64,000 bases of DNA, taken from Eledone cirrhosa. Its lineage: Eukaryota. Where the stretch lies: assembly GCA_964016885.1 (NCBI GenBank), contig OZ024743.1, positions 8,990,001 to 9,054,000 of the forward strand, read 5' to 3'. The notes below the pieces were generated by a model, which made no database searches, had not been told where the DNA came from, and saw only the letters and a list, made by a program, of their open reading frames with translations. Shown one piece after another: positions 61,293 through 64,000 of the stretch. Each line of letters opens with the position of its first letter. The first letter of the stretch is position 1. A program made the translations under genes and the position numbers.

Positions 61293-63524
61293 CGCACACA
61301 CACACCACACAGAGTTAAACAATAACATTATCATCGCAATAATACGATTTAAAATAAAACAGCTTTGTTATTTCTTTTCTTACACTAGTCAATCAAGAGG
61401 CTTTGCAGTATTTTTGTATGTGTGTGTGTGTGTGTGTGTGTGTGCCTGTGTGCCTGTGTGTGTATGTGCGCGTGTGTGTATGTTTGTATGTGTAATAAGA
61501 CCGTTGATTGCCCTAACCCGTAAACAACTCTCAGATTGTGTGTGTTTGTGGTATGTGACATGTATGGTGGCTATCCATAGCCACCATTTAGCAATGTCAG
61601 AGTGGCAGTATCGTTATAGCATTGGACAATATATTTTGTTAGTTACTATATACTTACTGATCTTTACATTCTGAGTTCAAATCCTACCGAGGTTAACTTT
61701 GCCTTTCACTTTTCCGGGGTTGATAAAATAAAGTAATAGCCAAGTACATGGGTCAATATAATCGACTCCCTCCCCCACACATTGCTGGCCTTGTGCCATT
61801 CTGAGTTTTGATCACGCTACAGTTGATCTTGCATTGAATTTCTGAGTGGTCGAATAAAGTACTTGACCTGATTCAATAGACTATATTCTTTTCCTACAAA
61901 TGTGTGGCCTTCTGCCAAGCTAGAAATCAATGCATTTATATGCATGGGTTTATTAGTGTGTTCACATACACATAAATTTATAACATGTAATTAAACGCAC
62001 TCTACACAAAGAAACAGTTAGAGCAAAATCAAATAAAGATATTCAATAGGAGTAAAGTTCCCTAACTTTCGACTGGAGATATATTAAACTGTGATGTTGT
62101 CGTGACCAGAATTATTGTATTACCATTACATGTTGATTGCTTTGTTTTGTATATAGATAAATATTTCATCCGTTGAAAGGCCTAAAGTAATCAATATATT
62201 AATTGCATGTTGCAAGCAGAGAGGAAACGGACATGAAGCATTCTGTTCTGAGCAGAAACTCATTACTTATAACAGTTTCAAATGTAAACAATGATCTTTA
62301 CAATAATCGTTATCACAAAACGGAAGGCGAAATCGCGCAATGTTTAGGCAATAGACAACCATTTGACTTTCCAAATAAGATTAAACATACAAATTAAATG
62401 CCGAATCATTATATATTGGAGTCAGAGAGAATTGTTAGTTCACATATCCATGAAATGTAAAGAGAATGTTGTAATCTTGTGACAAATTTTTCCTCGATGT
62501 TTCGTTTACATGATGGCAGTTTTATGTTATTCGTCAAGGGAATAATAGTCCTCCCATTTCTCAGAAAGATAGGCATTACGATATATAATTGGGTTGCATG
62601 ATATATCAACACTTAAGATCTAGAAAACATTCCTCTGGTTTTTGGTAATTTATTTTTTCAAATGGAGAATAAACATTATTTTAGTTTCGTATTTGAATAT
62701 TATTTTCTGGCTATAAAATGTATTGCTACGTTTAATAAAATAGTAATAAGTCTCTTGAGATTTTTAAAAGTTGTTTTTCTAAATACATTATATTAACCCC
62801 TTTCAGTACTGATTTAAAAAAAAGAATGGTTTGAAAATGGTTAATTTTGATCACGGTAAATCAATATTTGTATGTGCATTTGTTTCTGAAAATATGCACA
62901 TGGCAAACTTTGGTACCAACAGTATTATAAGTTGGAACAACTTTATCACAGTAATATCCCTATTACTTAATATGATTAGCAATAAAAATAAGAAAAATTA
63001 CCACTCATTGTTAGATTATGATAAATATTGGAAATAAATTTCAGTAGAAAGCAAACTTTATTTTGGGATCTATTTGCTACTATAGTATTAAAGGGTTCAA
63101 AATAACCTTTAATCTACAACTTGTATTTCATACAAATATGGCTGTCATTTTATCCGACAGACGCTTTAGCAATATCGTCTTATTTATTTTATATTGTATT
63201 GTAATTGTGAACGCTAACGTCATTGATTACATGCCTCCAACGATATTTTTGACAACCTGAACAGACATTATATACTAGACATGAAAAATGCGCAAGCTCA
63301 AAAGTGCCACAGAATGTTATAATAAACCTTCAAAAGTGTGGGACTAGAGTTGTTGCTAAAAAATATTGTAATCATTATATATCGTACATTCTGTGGCATC
63401 CTTTATAAAAATAGCTTAAACCAACGAAGCCTTTATTTTTACGCTATTTCACTTAGTTAATTCTTAGAGTGTAACATATAAAAATATCATTTACAACTAT
63501 AAAATAAATTAATTAATATAATAA

Positions 63525-63612
63525 CAGAGCTGCGGAGCTGAAATTTAGGAAATAATGGAGTATCGGATCCTGAGTCGGAGCCAGTCAATTTTTGGCCGAC
63601 TCCGCAGCCCTG
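63525..63612. mobile_element. 88-bp hAT-type MITE
   Basis: TIRs CAGAGCTGCGGAG and CTCCGCAGCCCTG; 8-bp flanks tataataa and tataatac. Confidence 0.6.
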
Positions 63613-64000
63613 TATAATACATTTCATATTAAAGTTATTAATAAACCTATTTTACACTTCATGCAAATTACCACGAGATATTGATATTAGATATAAGATA
63701 CAGCGCAATATCTACAGCTGTAAAAGTACGAAAGCGAAGTAATAATAAGTGGCTTAAGGTAATTCCAATATGAAAGTTTGTAGTGATAAAAATTTGATAA
63801 TGCAATACGATTGTTAATATTATAGTTCTATGAAAATGTAACAATAGATAACTAAATTATTTTACTATTAGTATATTTAAGAAATTATCATTATAGATTT
63901 GATCGTTCATATAAGCATCATATTAAGTTTCAACACAATTATTTTGTTACTATGAGTATATGATAATAATATTACGTAATTATTTATAGCTGTTATTACA

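Overview
AT-rich, microsatellite-saturated animal genomic DNA; the SINE families look octopod/cephalopod, which is an inference. One host gene is visible, a minus-strand acetylcholinesterase-type gene. It has a large coding exon at 61092-59513 (signal peptide, GESAG, full catalytic triad) and a 182-bp exon at 7525-7344 that the ORF track missed, joined in matching phase across a ~52 kb intron. The terminal exon was not identified. The intron is packed with transposons: a near-complete Tc1 element, two decayed Penelope-like elements (RT and/or GIY-YIG), several RTE LINE fragments, five copies of a ~600-bp non-autonomous RTE derivative in (TATG)n, a CRE-type endonuclease fragment and many SINEs. 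The most striking unannotated signal is about ten sequence-distinct type I hammerhead ribozyme motifs, in more than 15 copies. Most sit in outward-facing fold-back elements wedged into (TA)n tracts. Nearly all other ORF-track entries are microsatellite artefacts.
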